From assembly GCA_965247705.1 (NCBI GenBank), contig CBDFHV010000067.1, positions 14,116 through 78,115 on the forward strand: a DNA stretch of 64,000 bases, in the 5' to 3' direction. Shown here piece after piece: positions 30,095-39,878 of this stretch; the first letter of the stretch is position 1, and each line of letters opens with the position of its first letter. Origin of the DNA: Rhodospirillales bacterium (GTDB taxonomy: Bacteria > Pseudomonadota > Alphaproteobacteria > Rhodospirillales > CAMCUA01). The translations under genes and the position numbers were made by a program. The notes below the pieces were generated by a model that worked only from the letters and a program-made list of their open reading frames with translations, was not told the origin of the DNA and ran no database searches.

Positions 30095-30214
30095 ACCAAG
30101 CGGCAGGTGCCGCCGGACGAGCCCCGAACAACAACCTCCAACCTCTCCGACAATCCGTCTCAAAAATCGCCGTCAACCCGGTCGCTACCGCTCGTCCCGC
30201 TGAAATCCGATGGC

Positions 30215-30232
30215 CGTCATGAATAATTGGGG
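30215..30232. repeat. IS right inverted repeat (CGTCATGAATAATTGGGG)
   Basis: Its reverse complement CCCCAATTATTCATGACG pairs with the left IR. Confidence 0.8.
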
Positions 30233-30279
30233 CTAGTGGTCCAAATCCCGGCCCTGGGCCGGAGACGGAAGATGTTGAA

Positions 30280-30312
30280 GGGGGCGGGCCAAAAACCCGC
30301 CCCCGGGTTTTC
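30280..30312 (+). terminator. intrinsic-terminator-like hairpin
   Basis: GGGGGCGGG-ccaaaaa-CCCGCCCCC forms a perfect 9-bp stem, followed by GGGTTTTCGG. Confidence 0.5.
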
Positions 30313-30361
30313 GGGGATACGGCAGATGGTTGGCCATTTGGATCAGTTGCGGGAACGATCG

Positions 30362-31171
30362 ATGGCGACCCTCGCCGTGCTGCTCCTGAGCTTGACCTTT
30401 TCCTCCCCAACCCATGCCGCCCGCGGCCATGACCCGGTGGATCGGGCCGAATCCCTGGCCGTCAGCCAAGCGGCCATCGGCCGGTCAGTGCGCGATCTGA
30501 CATTGCAGGACGCCCGTGGACGGACCGTGAGGCTGTCGGACTTCCGCGGCCGTCCCCTGGTGGTGAACATGGTCTACACCAGTTGTTCCGACGCTTGTCC
30601 GGTGGTCACCCAAAGCGTGGCCGATGCCGCCGCCGTGGCCTGGGACGCCCTGGGCGGGGAGTCCTTCGCTGTCATCACCGTCGGCTTCGATACATCGTTC
30701 GATACGGCGGAGCGGGTGGCCGGTTTCGCCCGCCGCCAGGGCGCCACGGGACCGACCTGGCGGTTCCTGAGCGGAGAACTGCCGACGGTGGCGGCCCTGT
30801 CGGACGATCTGGGTTTCGTCTTCTACCGCTCCGCCAAGAGATTCGATCACCTGTTCCAGACCACGATCCTGGACGCCGAAGGCCGGGTCTATCGGCAGGT
30901 CTATGGGGCGACGTTCGATACGCCCCTGTTCGTCGAGCCATTGAAAGACCTGGTCCTGGGCACCACGTCCCCGTTCGCCAGCCTCGACGACCTGGTCAAG
31001 AAAATGCGCCTGTTCTGCACCATTTACGACCCGGCCGCGGACCGCTACCGTTTCGAGACGTCCCTGTTCGTCCAGTTGGCCGTGGGCGCGTTGGTGGTGC
31101 TGCTGTTGGGCACATTCGTCATTCGCAATTGGATCCGCATTCTCCGCCGTGACCAGAGCCCCGCCCGGTGA
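30362..31171 (+). CDS. SCO1/SenC-family copper chaperone with C-terminal TM extension
   Basis: Signal peptide MATLAVLLLSLTFSSPTHA. Thioredoxin-fold CSDAC (CxxxC) motif and a distal His (FDHLFQTTILD). Start chosen at ATG 30362. Confidence 0.75.
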   Translation: MATLAVLLLSLTFSSPTHAARGHDPVDRAESLAVSQAAIGRSVRDLTLQDARGRTVRLSDFRGRPLVVNMVYTSCSDACPVVTQSVADAAAVAWDALGGESFAVITVGFDTSFDTAERVAGFARRQGATGPTWRFLSGELPTVAALSDDLGFVFYRSAKRFDHLFQTTILDAEGRVYRQVYGATFDTPLFVEPLKDLVLGTTSPFASLDDLVKKMRLFCTIYDPAADRYRFETSLFVQLAVGALVVLLLGTFVIRNWIRILRRDQSPAR

Positions 31172-32727
31172 CCATCCGCCGGGTTCTGCAGGATGTGGTG
31201 CTGCGCGCCAAGGCCGGTTTCGACCGCCCCTTTGGCGCGGCCTGGAATCCCTTGCGGCAGCTGGGCACGCTGGCCTTCTTCTACTACTGGATCTGCGCCG
31301 CCAGTGGGATCTACCTCTATATCCTGTTCGATACCTCGGTGACGGGGGTCTACGATTCGATCGAGTATCTGACGGTGGAGCAGTGGTACCTGGGCGGCGT
31401 CATGCGCAGCCTGCACCGCTATTCCTCCGACGCCATGGTCGTGCTGGCCGTCCTGCACCTGACCCGCGAGTTTCTGTTCGATCGCTACCGGGGGGTCCGC
31501 TGGTTTGCCTGGTTCACCGGCGTCTCGGTCCTGTGGTTTCTCTACATGTCGGGGATCAGCGGCTATTGGCTGGTGTGGGACCAGTTGGCCCAGTACGTGG
31601 CCACCGGCTCCATGGAGTGGATGGACTGGCTGGGCATCTTCGGCGAGCCGGTGGCCAACAACTTCCTCACCCAGGGCAGCCTGGGCGACCGCTTTTTCAG
31701 CCTGTTGATCTTCATCCACATCTTCGTGCCCCTGTTCCTGCTGTTCATCATGTGGGTCCACGTGATGCGGGTCGCCCAACCGCGCATCAATCCGCCCCGG
31801 GGACTGGCCGCGGGCTCGACGGTGGCGCTCCTCGCCTTGGCGCTGGCGAAGCCGGCGGTGAGCCACCCGCCGGCCGATCTGAGCACGGTGCCGTCGAGCC
31901 TCAACCTGGACTGGTTCTACATGCTGCTCTATCCGCTGTTCGATGCCTGGGGGCCGGGGCCGTTGTGGCTGCTGGCGGTCGGCGGCTCGGTCGCCATATG
32001 CATCCTGCCGTGGCTGCCGCCCCTGCGGCGGGAGGCGCCGGCGGAAGTGTTCCTCGAGAAATGCAACGGCTGCACCCGCTGTTTCAACGACTGTCCCTAC
32101 AGCGCCATCACCATGAACCCGCGCAGCGACGGCCGCCCCTTCGAGGAAGAGGCGGTGGTCGACCCGGACCTGTGCGTGAACTGCGGCATCTGCGTCGGGT
32201 CGTGCCCGGTGTCCACGCCGTTCCGCCACTCCGATGAACTGGTTACCGGCATCGACCTTCCCAACTACCCCCTCGGCCGGGTGCGCGACGTAACCCAGGC
32301 GGCCATGGACCGCCTCACCCAAGCCCCCGGCGGTCGGGTCCTGGTGTTCGGGTGCGAACATGGGCCCACGGTGGAAGCCCTGGAGCGTGATGGGATCGCC
32401 ACCGTTCCGCTCCCGTGCGCCGGCATGCTGCCGCCGTCCTTCGTCGACTGGGCCATCAGCCGCGGCGGCGTCGACGGGGTGGTGGTGGCCGGATGCCGGG
32501 AGCGCGACTGCTACCACCGCCTGGGGGTGCGCTGGACCCAGGACAGGATGGCGGGGCTGCGGGACCCCTACCTGCGCGCCCGGGTGCCCCGCGAGCAGGT
32601 GATGGCCCTGTGGGCGGCGCGAACCGACACCGAAGCCCTGATCGGCCAGGTTGAGGATTTCCGCCGCGACCTGGCTTCGGCGGCCCTCGAGGACCCGCGG
32701 CCCGCTATGGCGAGCGCGATCCCATGA
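31168..32727 (+). CDS. fusion protein: di-heme cytochrome b (bc-type N-domain) + 2x[4Fe-4S] ferredoxin + MvhD/FlpD-like domain
   Basis: GTGA overlap with the SCO1 gene. His pairs RSLHRYSSDAMVVLAVLHLTREF and FIHIFVPLFLLFIMWVHV. CNGCTRCFNDCP and CVNCGICVGSCP cluster motifs. C-terminal VLVFGCEHG...LPCAGML...GVVVAGCRERDCYH. Confidence 0.7.
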   Translation: MTIRRVLQDVVLRAKAGFDRPFGAAWNPLRQLGTLAFFYYWICAASGIYLYILFDTSVTGVYDSIEYLTVEQWYLGGVMRSLHRYSSDAMVVLAVLHLTREFLFDRYRGVRWFAWFTGVSVLWFLYMSGISGYWLVWDQLAQYVATGSMEWMDWLGIFGEPVANNFLTQGSLGDRFFSLLIFIHIFVPLFLLFIMWVHVMRVAQPRINPPRGLAAGSTVALLALALAKPAVSHPPADLSTVPSSLNLDWFYMLLYPLFDAWGPGPLWLLAVGGSVAICILPWLPPLRREAPAEVFLEKCNGCTRCFNDCPYSAITMNPRSDGRPFEEEAVVDPDLCVNCGICVGSCPVSTPFRHSDELVTGIDLPNYPLGRVRDVTQAAMDRLTQAPGGRVLVFGCEHGPTVEALERDGIATVPLPCAGMLPPSFVDWAISRGGVDGVVVAGCRERDCYHRLGVRWTQDRMAGLRDPYLRARVPREQVMALWAARTDTEALIGQVEDFRRDLASAALEDPRPAMASAIP

Positions 32728-33434
32728 CCGAGGACGGCTTTCCGATATTCTACGCGGTCCCGCTTCTGGTGTTCCTGCCGATTTTCTTTCTGGTTCTTCG
32801 AGCATTCGGCTTGTTTCGCATCATCGGCGAGCTGGTGGCGAGAAAACCGGTGGCGCAAGCAGCGTCGGAACCGGCCCCGACCACGCGGCGCCGCGCGCCG
32901 CCGCCGCGCGGCGTCCGGCCCGACGAACCGGGTCTCCAGCCCCTTCGCCTGGCCGGCCAAGCGCTGGCCTACGTGCCATTTCTGGTCGTTGTCGGGGCGT
33001 TTGCCGCCTGGCCCACGTACGAATACGTCCCCGCCGATCACGCGCGGCTCAAGGTGAGCATCGGCTACACCGGCCAGCGCAAGGAAGAATGCCGCCAGCG
33101 ATCCCGCGAGGAGTTGGCCAAGCTGGCCCCCAACATGCGCGCGCCCCAGTCCTGCTCCCGGGAGCGATGGCCTTTGCAGCTGCAGCTGCGGCTGGACGGC
33201 GAACCGTTGATCGACGTCGAACGGCCGCCGGCCGGTCTCAGTGCCGACATGCCCTCCAGCTTCTATCGGGTGATCGACGTCCCCGCGGGTGCGCACCATA
33301 TCGCCGTGCGGCTGAAGGACAGGGGCGATGCCGAGGTGTTCCCCTACAGCGACGAACGCACGGTGACCCTGGTGCCCGGCCAGTCCCTGGTCATCGGTTT
33401 CGATCAGCGGGCCGGCGGTTTCCAATACCGATAG
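32724..33434 (+). CDS. hypothetical 2-TM membrane protein with beta-rich C-terminal domain
   Basis: ATGA overlap with the upstream gene. TM segments IFYAVPLLVFLPIFFLVL and LAYVPFLVVVGAFAAW. No family recognised. Confidence 0.5.
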   Translation: MTEDGFPIFYAVPLLVFLPIFFLVLRAFGLFRIIGELVARKPVAQAASEPAPTTRRRAPPPRGVRPDEPGLQPLRLAGQALAYVPFLVVVGAFAAWPTYEYVPADHARLKVSIGYTGQRKEECRQRSREELAKLAPNMRAPQSCSRERWPLQLQLRLDGEPLIDVERPPAGLSADMPSSFYRVIDVPAGAHHIAVRLKDRGDAEVFPYSDERTVTLVPGQSLVIGFDQRAGGFQYR

Positions 33435-33458
33435 AGTGCCGCGAGCGTTCGGGCGCGA

Positions 33459-33857
33459 TCAATGGCCCGTCAGCGCGTGCAGGCGCCGGTCCAGGGTCCG
33501 GAAGTGATTGCCGAACCAACGGCCGGTCCGATCCGCGATCGCCGCGGGAACGTCCGTATCGGCGCCGGCGGCGACCTCGTCCATGATATCGCGGATGTCG
33601 TCCAGCAGCCGGTCGTGATCGGCCTTGTGCTCGGCATAACCCTCGTAACCCACCGATCGCATGACCTTTTCCTCGAGGGCGAAATGGGCCTCGATGAGGG
33701 CATGGATCTCGGCCAGGCTGGCCTGGATCTGCTGGGTCGGCCGTTCGCCCTTGGCCAGCACAGCCAAGTCGTTGATGGCGGAGATCGGGTTCTGGTGCTC
33801 GTGGTCGATGGACTCGACCCCGGTCTCGAACTCCTTGCGCCACGGAATCAGGGTCAT
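33459..33857 (-). CDS. bacteriohemerythrin
   Basis: WRKEFETGVESIDHEHQ start and the His/Asp ligand pattern (HFALEE, HKADHDRL, FGNHF). 132 aa. Confidence 0.8.
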   Translation of the reverse strand: MTLIPWRKEFETGVESIDHEHQNPISAINDLAVLAKGERPTQQIQASLAEIHALIEAHFALEEKVMRSVGYEGYAEHKADHDRLLDDIRDIMDEVAAGADTDVPAAIADRTGRWFGNHFRTLDRRLHALTGH

Positions 33858-33935
33858 GGATCGTCCCGTTGATGACCCCCGGGCTCGACCGCCCGGTGGA
33901 CGGGGTCAGGGAAACCCGTTACAGGAACCTGGTCA

Positions 33936-33949
33936 TTGACCATGGTTAA
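33936..33949. promoter_or_regulatory. FNR/Dnr-type box TTGACcatgGTTAA (9/10 to TTGAC-N4-GTCAA)
   Basis: Lies in the divergent gap between the hemerythrin and the Dnr-type regulator genes. Confidence 0.4.
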
Positions 33950-33994
33950 GGGTGCCGTTGCGGTGCCGACGGCGAATTCGACCGGGAAGACGCC

Positions 33995-34723
33995 ATGAGC
34001 CCCGAGGATCTGAACATCGTCCGCGGCCTGCCGCTTCTGGCAGGGCTGCCCGAAGACCGGCTGGGGCGACTCCTGACAGGCGCCGTACCCCGTGTCCACC
34101 CCAAGGGCCAGGTGCTGTTCTTGCAGGACGATCCGGCGGACGGCTTTTACGTGGTCCTCAGCGGCTGGGTAAAGCTGTTCGTCGAGCGCTCGGACGGCGA
34201 GGAGGCGGTGCTCGGCGTCTTCACCCGGGGCGAGAGCTTTGCCGAGGCGGTGATGTTCATCGGCGGCCGCTACCCGGCCAGCGCCCAGGTGGTGGAAGAT
34301 GCCCGGCTGCTGCGCTTCAGCTATCGTCCGTTCAGCGATTGGATCCATGCCGAGCCGGCGGCGGCCCTGAATATGCTGGCGTCCATGTCCCGTCATTTGC
34401 ATCACCTGGTGCGCGAGGTGACCCAGCTCAAGACCCGCACCGCCAGCCAGCGCGTCGCCGACTTCCTGGTCCGGCTGTTTCCGACCCGCGAGGGATCGGC
34501 GGTGGTCGCCCTGCCCTACGACAAGTCCCTGATCGCGGCCCGCCTGGGCATGAAGCCGGAAAGCCTGTCCCGGGTTCTCGGCGGGCTGCGCAAGCTGGGG
34601 GTCAAGTCGGAACAAAACCGGGTGGTGATTCCGGACGTGGCGTTGCTGCACGACTACGCCGACAGCGGCCGCCCGGTCGACGCCTTCCGCGACCAGATGG
34701 TTCGCGCCCGCGGCGCCGATTGA
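33995..34723 (+). CDS. Crp/Fnr-family transcription factor, Dnr/NnrR subtype
   Basis: cNMP-like beta-barrel and a C-terminal HTH with the E--SR recognition motif (KPESLSRVL). No N-terminal Cys cluster, so not FNR proper. Confidence 0.8.
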   Translation: MSPEDLNIVRGLPLLAGLPEDRLGRLLTGAVPRVHPKGQVLFLQDDPADGFYVVLSGWVKLFVERSDGEEAVLGVFTRGESFAEAVMFIGGRYPASAQVVEDARLLRFSYRPFSDWIHAEPAAALNMLASMSRHLHHLVREVTQLKTRTASQRVADFLVRLFPTREGSAVVALPYDKSLIAARLGMKPESLSRVLGGLRKLGVKSEQNRVVIPDVALLHDYADSGRPVDAFRDQMVRARGAD

Positions 34724-34731
34724 GCACCGCC

Positions 34732-35706
34732 TCATCCCGTTACCTTGTGAAGCCGGCCTTCCGCGTCCCGCAGCCATGCCTCGATCCCACCGCCGGTGCG
34801 GACCAGATCAACCGCCCGCTCCGACGGCGACACGGCAATGGCGGTCGACAGGGCGTCGGCGAGAACGGCGCTGGGGGCGGCCACGGTGACGCCGCGCCAC
34901 GACCGGACGGGGTGCCCCGTTTTCGGCGACAGAAGGTGATGGTGGCAGCCACTGGCCTCGAAGACCGTGCCCGAAGGCGCCGAGGTGGCCAGCGCGGCGT
35001 CGGCGAGCGGGACGGTCGGGCCATCGACGTCGATCTGCCACGGCGCGCCGTCGGCGCGGGCGCCGAGGGCCCGCATCTCGCCCAGTTCGACCAGCACATG
35101 GGTCCAGCCACGATCCTTGAGGATGTCGGCAACCCGGTCGGTGATGTAGCCCTGGGCGATCCCGTTGAGGGTGACGGCCATGCCGGTCGGCAGAACGATC
35201 CGATCGGGCCGCAGGATCAGGCGCCGCTGATCCACCGCCGCCAGGGCCGCTTCGACGGCAGCAGGCGGCGGCCCCGCGGAAACGGGCCGGCGCCGGAAGT
35301 GGCGGGCATAGAGCTGCCATAGGGATTGTACGGTGACGTCGAAGTGGCCGTCGCTCAGGCGGCTCATGTACCGGGCGAAGGACATCAGGCTTTGCATGTC
35401 CGCCGACGGGGATGCCAGGACCCCGTCCCGATTGAGGCGGTTGAGGGCGGAGTTGCCGCGCCAAAGACTGAACTCGGCCTCCAGGCGTGTCACCTCGGCC
35501 AGGCAGGCGTCGATGGCCGTCTGGGCGCTCGTTGGATCGTCCGCATGGAGAAGGATGCGCGCCTCAGCGCCCAGCGCCGCGCCGCGCCAGCGGAAGCGCC
35601 GTGCCCTTGCCGTCGCCCGGCTGCCAAGAAGCGCGCCCGCCCCGGCGGCCGCTGTCACGGTGAGGAAGCGGCGTCTGTTGAGCCGCGGAAATCCCAGGCC
35701 GGTCAC
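34732..35706 (-). CDS. nirX: ApbE-family FAD:protein FMN transferase (NirX/NosX-like)
   Basis: Tat signal NRRRFLTVTAAAGAGALLGS and an ApbE body (GIAQGYITDRV). 4-nt overlap with the upstream NosR/NirI-like gene. Confidence 0.75.
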   Translation of the reverse strand: MTGLGFPRLNRRRFLTVTAAAGAGALLGSRATARARRFRWRGAALGAEARILLHADDPTSAQTAIDACLAEVTRLEAEFSLWRGNSALNRLNRDGVLASPSADMQSLMSFARYMSRLSDGHFDVTVQSLWQLYARHFRRRPVSAGPPPAAVEAALAAVDQRRLILRPDRIVLPTGMAVTLNGIAQGYITDRVADILKDRGWTHVLVELGEMRALGARADGAPWQIDVDGPTVPLADAALATSAPSGTVFEASGCHHHLLSPKTGHPVRSWRGVTVAAPSAVLADALSTAIAVSPSERAVDLVRTGGGIEAWLRDAEGRLHKVTG

Positions 35707-37901
35707 GACTTCGCCTCCTTCATGGCCGCGGCCACCACTTCCTTCTGGGCCGCCCGCCGTTCCCGCTGGCGACGGCGGACGATCAATGGGGGACAGGTCT
35801 TGTCGTCATGGAAGAGGGCCTGGCAATTCAGGCAGTGAATGCATTCGTTGGGATTGATGTAACCGTTGGGATGGATCGCCTGCACCGTGCACCGCTGGGC
35901 GCAGATGCCGCATTCCCGACCGCATTGGAACCGGCGCTGCAGCCAGTTGAACATGTGCAGGCGTGCCGGGATCGCCAGCGCTCCGCCCAGGGGACAAAGG
36001 TAGCGGCAAAAGAACCGCTCGATCGTCAGACCCGCGGCCAGGAGCATCACGGCGTACATGACGAAAGGCCAATGGCGATGGAATTTCAATGAGATGGCGG
36101 TTTTGAAGGGTTCCACCTCCGCGCCCATGACGGCCAGGTTGGTGGAATGGAGCGAGACCGCCATCAGGCCCAGGAAGATCAGGTACTTCAGCGGCCACAG
36201 CCGTTCGTGCAGGGCGAACGGGACCGAGATTTGCGGCACGTGAAGCGCCCGGGCCCCTTCGTTCAGCAGTTCCTGAAGGGCGCCGAAGGGGCATAGCCAG
36301 CCGCAGAACACACCCCGGCCCCAGAACAGCATGGCCATGGCGACGAAGCTCCACAGCAGGAAAGCCAGGGGGTCGAGAAGGAAGAACTCCCACTGAAACT
36401 CCGTCAGCAGGGAGTGGATGAACGTCATCACGTTGACCACCGACAACTGGGCGCCCGCATACCAGCCGAGCCAGACCAGGGTGAAAGCGAGAAAGGCGAT
36501 GCGGGTAATCCGGTAGAATCGGCCGTGGCGGGCATAGCTGTCCTGAAACACCAGGATGGCCGTTAGGGCCAGCAGCATCACCGACAGGATGGCGATGCGG
36601 CCGACGCTCTGCTGCCAGATGCCGACCCACAGGGTTTCCGGGACGGCGCCGGCCGCGTCGGTTTCAGCCTCTGCCTCGGAAGGGCCGCCGATGCGGTAGC
36701 GGGCGGGCACCACGTAGGAGAGGGCGAAGGTGCGGCTCAGGCTGCCGCCGGACTCGGTGTCGCGGGTGACCAGCAACTCCAAACGCCAGGGACGCAAGGC
36801 ATCGAAGCCGGTGTCGCCGGGAATGACGAAGATTCCCACCTCGCGAAGCTCCGGCGCGTCGTTCGGGGCCAGCCGCTCCACGTTGCGGTATCCGCGTTTG
36901 GTCAGGCGGATCGTCTTTTCGCCCTGCACCACCTGGATGCGGTCGAACGCGCCCGAGCGCCACCAGCCCGTGCCCTTGAACGAATAAAGCCCCTGGGCGG
37001 CGATCATGAGGATCTGATCGTCCACCCCCAGACCGGCCACGGTGCGATTGAACAGGCGGCGCCCGAGCAGGTTCTGACCCACCCGGGGCGGGGTCGCCAG
37101 GGCGGCGAACAGTTCGATGAACAGCCCCTCCGGATCGGCCCGCTCCCGTTCCCCGAGGTGGCCGCCCACCTCGTCGAAGGACTGGACCATGGCGCCCCGC
37201 GCGAGGCGAAAACGGACCACCGAACCGTCGGCCAGCAGGTCCGTCCAGGTGGCGGGCCCAAAACTCTCCCGATCGAGCCGCGCGCCCGCCGCGGCGCCGA
37301 TCAGGCCCCGCGAGCGGGCCACCGTACGGGCCGAACGCAGGATGGCGTCGCGGATGACGGCGCTGCTGATGGTGGCGCCGGCGATGGCATCGGGCAGGCC
37401 GCTCTCGGATTCCGTCGTGACCCGCTGGCGAACATTGATCCCGGCATAGCCGGCGACGAAGTCATGAAGGCTTTTCTCGGCCACGCCGATGACCAGGATC
37501 GGCTCGCTGTGGGAGATCAGGACGGCGCCGGTGATGCGCCCGTCGTTGTCGACGCCGGCCAGGATATCGATCGGCTTGCCGGAAAACCCGACCGAACCCG
37601 TCACCGCCTTGGTGGAGAACACGAACCCCAGTCGTTCCCCCGCCCTGTAGGCCACCGCAGCCGGCGGTTTGCCGCCGAAGGGTCCGAAGCGTTCCGCCCC
37701 GGGAAAGGCCGCGGACAACGCGTCCGCGTCGACCTCGGCAGCCGCCGGGCCGGCGAGCGCCGGGAGCCACAGGCAGGCAATGATCAGGGCGGCGGAAGCG
37801 AGCCGCGCCGGGTGGATTTTCGGTCTGTAGGGCACTTGCGGCTGAGGCTCCCGGCGGCGGGGAACGGCACGCCCGCCGGGCATTCCGCCGGGCTTCCGCA
37901 T
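35703..37901 (-). CDS. nirI: NosR/NirI-family membrane FMN/Fe-S protein
   Basis: Periplasmic FMN-binding-type domain, six TM helices, CGWLCPFGALQE and C-terminal CxxCxxC ferredoxin motifs (CGICAQRC, CIHCLNC). The start is uncertain: the most upstream ATG (37934) lies inside the FNR box, so ATG 37901 was used. Confidence 0.75.
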   Translation of the reverse strand: MRKPGGMPGGRAVPRRREPQPQVPYRPKIHPARLASAALIIACLWLPALAGPAAAEVDADALSAAFPGAERFGPFGGKPPAAVAYRAGERLGFVFSTKAVTGSVGFSGKPIDILAGVDNDGRITGAVLISHSEPILVIGVAEKSLHDFVAGYAGINVRQRVTTESESGLPDAIAGATISSAVIRDAILRSARTVARSRGLIGAAAGARLDRESFGPATWTDLLADGSVVRFRLARGAMVQSFDEVGGHLGERERADPEGLFIELFAALATPPRVGQNLLGRRLFNRTVAGLGVDDQILMIAAQGLYSFKGTGWWRSGAFDRIQVVQGEKTIRLTKRGYRNVERLAPNDAPELREVGIFVIPGDTGFDALRPWRLELLVTRDTESGGSLSRTFALSYVVPARYRIGGPSEAEAETDAAGAVPETLWVGIWQQSVGRIAILSVMLLALTAILVFQDSYARHGRFYRITRIAFLAFTLVWLGWYAGAQLSVVNVMTFIHSLLTEFQWEFFLLDPLAFLLWSFVAMAMLFWGRGVFCGWLCPFGALQELLNEGARALHVPQISVPFALHERLWPLKYLIFLGLMAVSLHSTNLAVMGAEVEPFKTAISLKFHRHWPFVMYAVMLLAAGLTIERFFCRYLCPLGGALAIPARLHMFNWLQRRFQCGRECGICAQRCTVQAIHPNGYINPNECIHCLNCQALFHDDKTCPPLIVRRRQRERRAAQKEVVAAAMKEAKS

Positions 37902-37927
37902 GCTTCTCGCGACCGGGCGGGCGGTCC

Positions 37928-39803
<1,876 letters not shown>

Positions 39804-39814
39804 GCCTCGGGTGT

Positions 39815-39840
39815 GGGGCAGGCTGTTCGGGCCTGTCCCC
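39815..39840 (+). other. imperfect GC hairpin between nirS and nirE (possible attenuator/mRNA 3' stabiliser)
   Basis: GGGGCAGGC-tgttcg-GGCCTGTCCCC. The stem has one bulge and there is no T-tract. Confidence 0.35.
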
Positions 39841-39878
39841 GTCGGCGCGTTGTCGGAGAGGGGAGGCCTCGACACACC

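Larger units (their letters stand above)
28634..30232 (+). mobile_element. IS1380-family insertion sequence (1599 bp)
   Basis: A single DDE transposase ORF flanked by 15/18-matching terminal inverted repeats. CTAG is present on both sides (28630-28633 and 30233-30236). Confidence 0.85.

Noticed and set aside
28630-30236. CTAG on both IS flanks taken as proof of a clean, simple insertion.
   Set aside because: The duplication fits a 4-bp target-site duplication. However, CTAG is a short palindrome and could match by chance or reflect target preference. Restoring the pre-insertion sequence still leaves subunit I truncated, so simple insertion alone cannot explain the locus.
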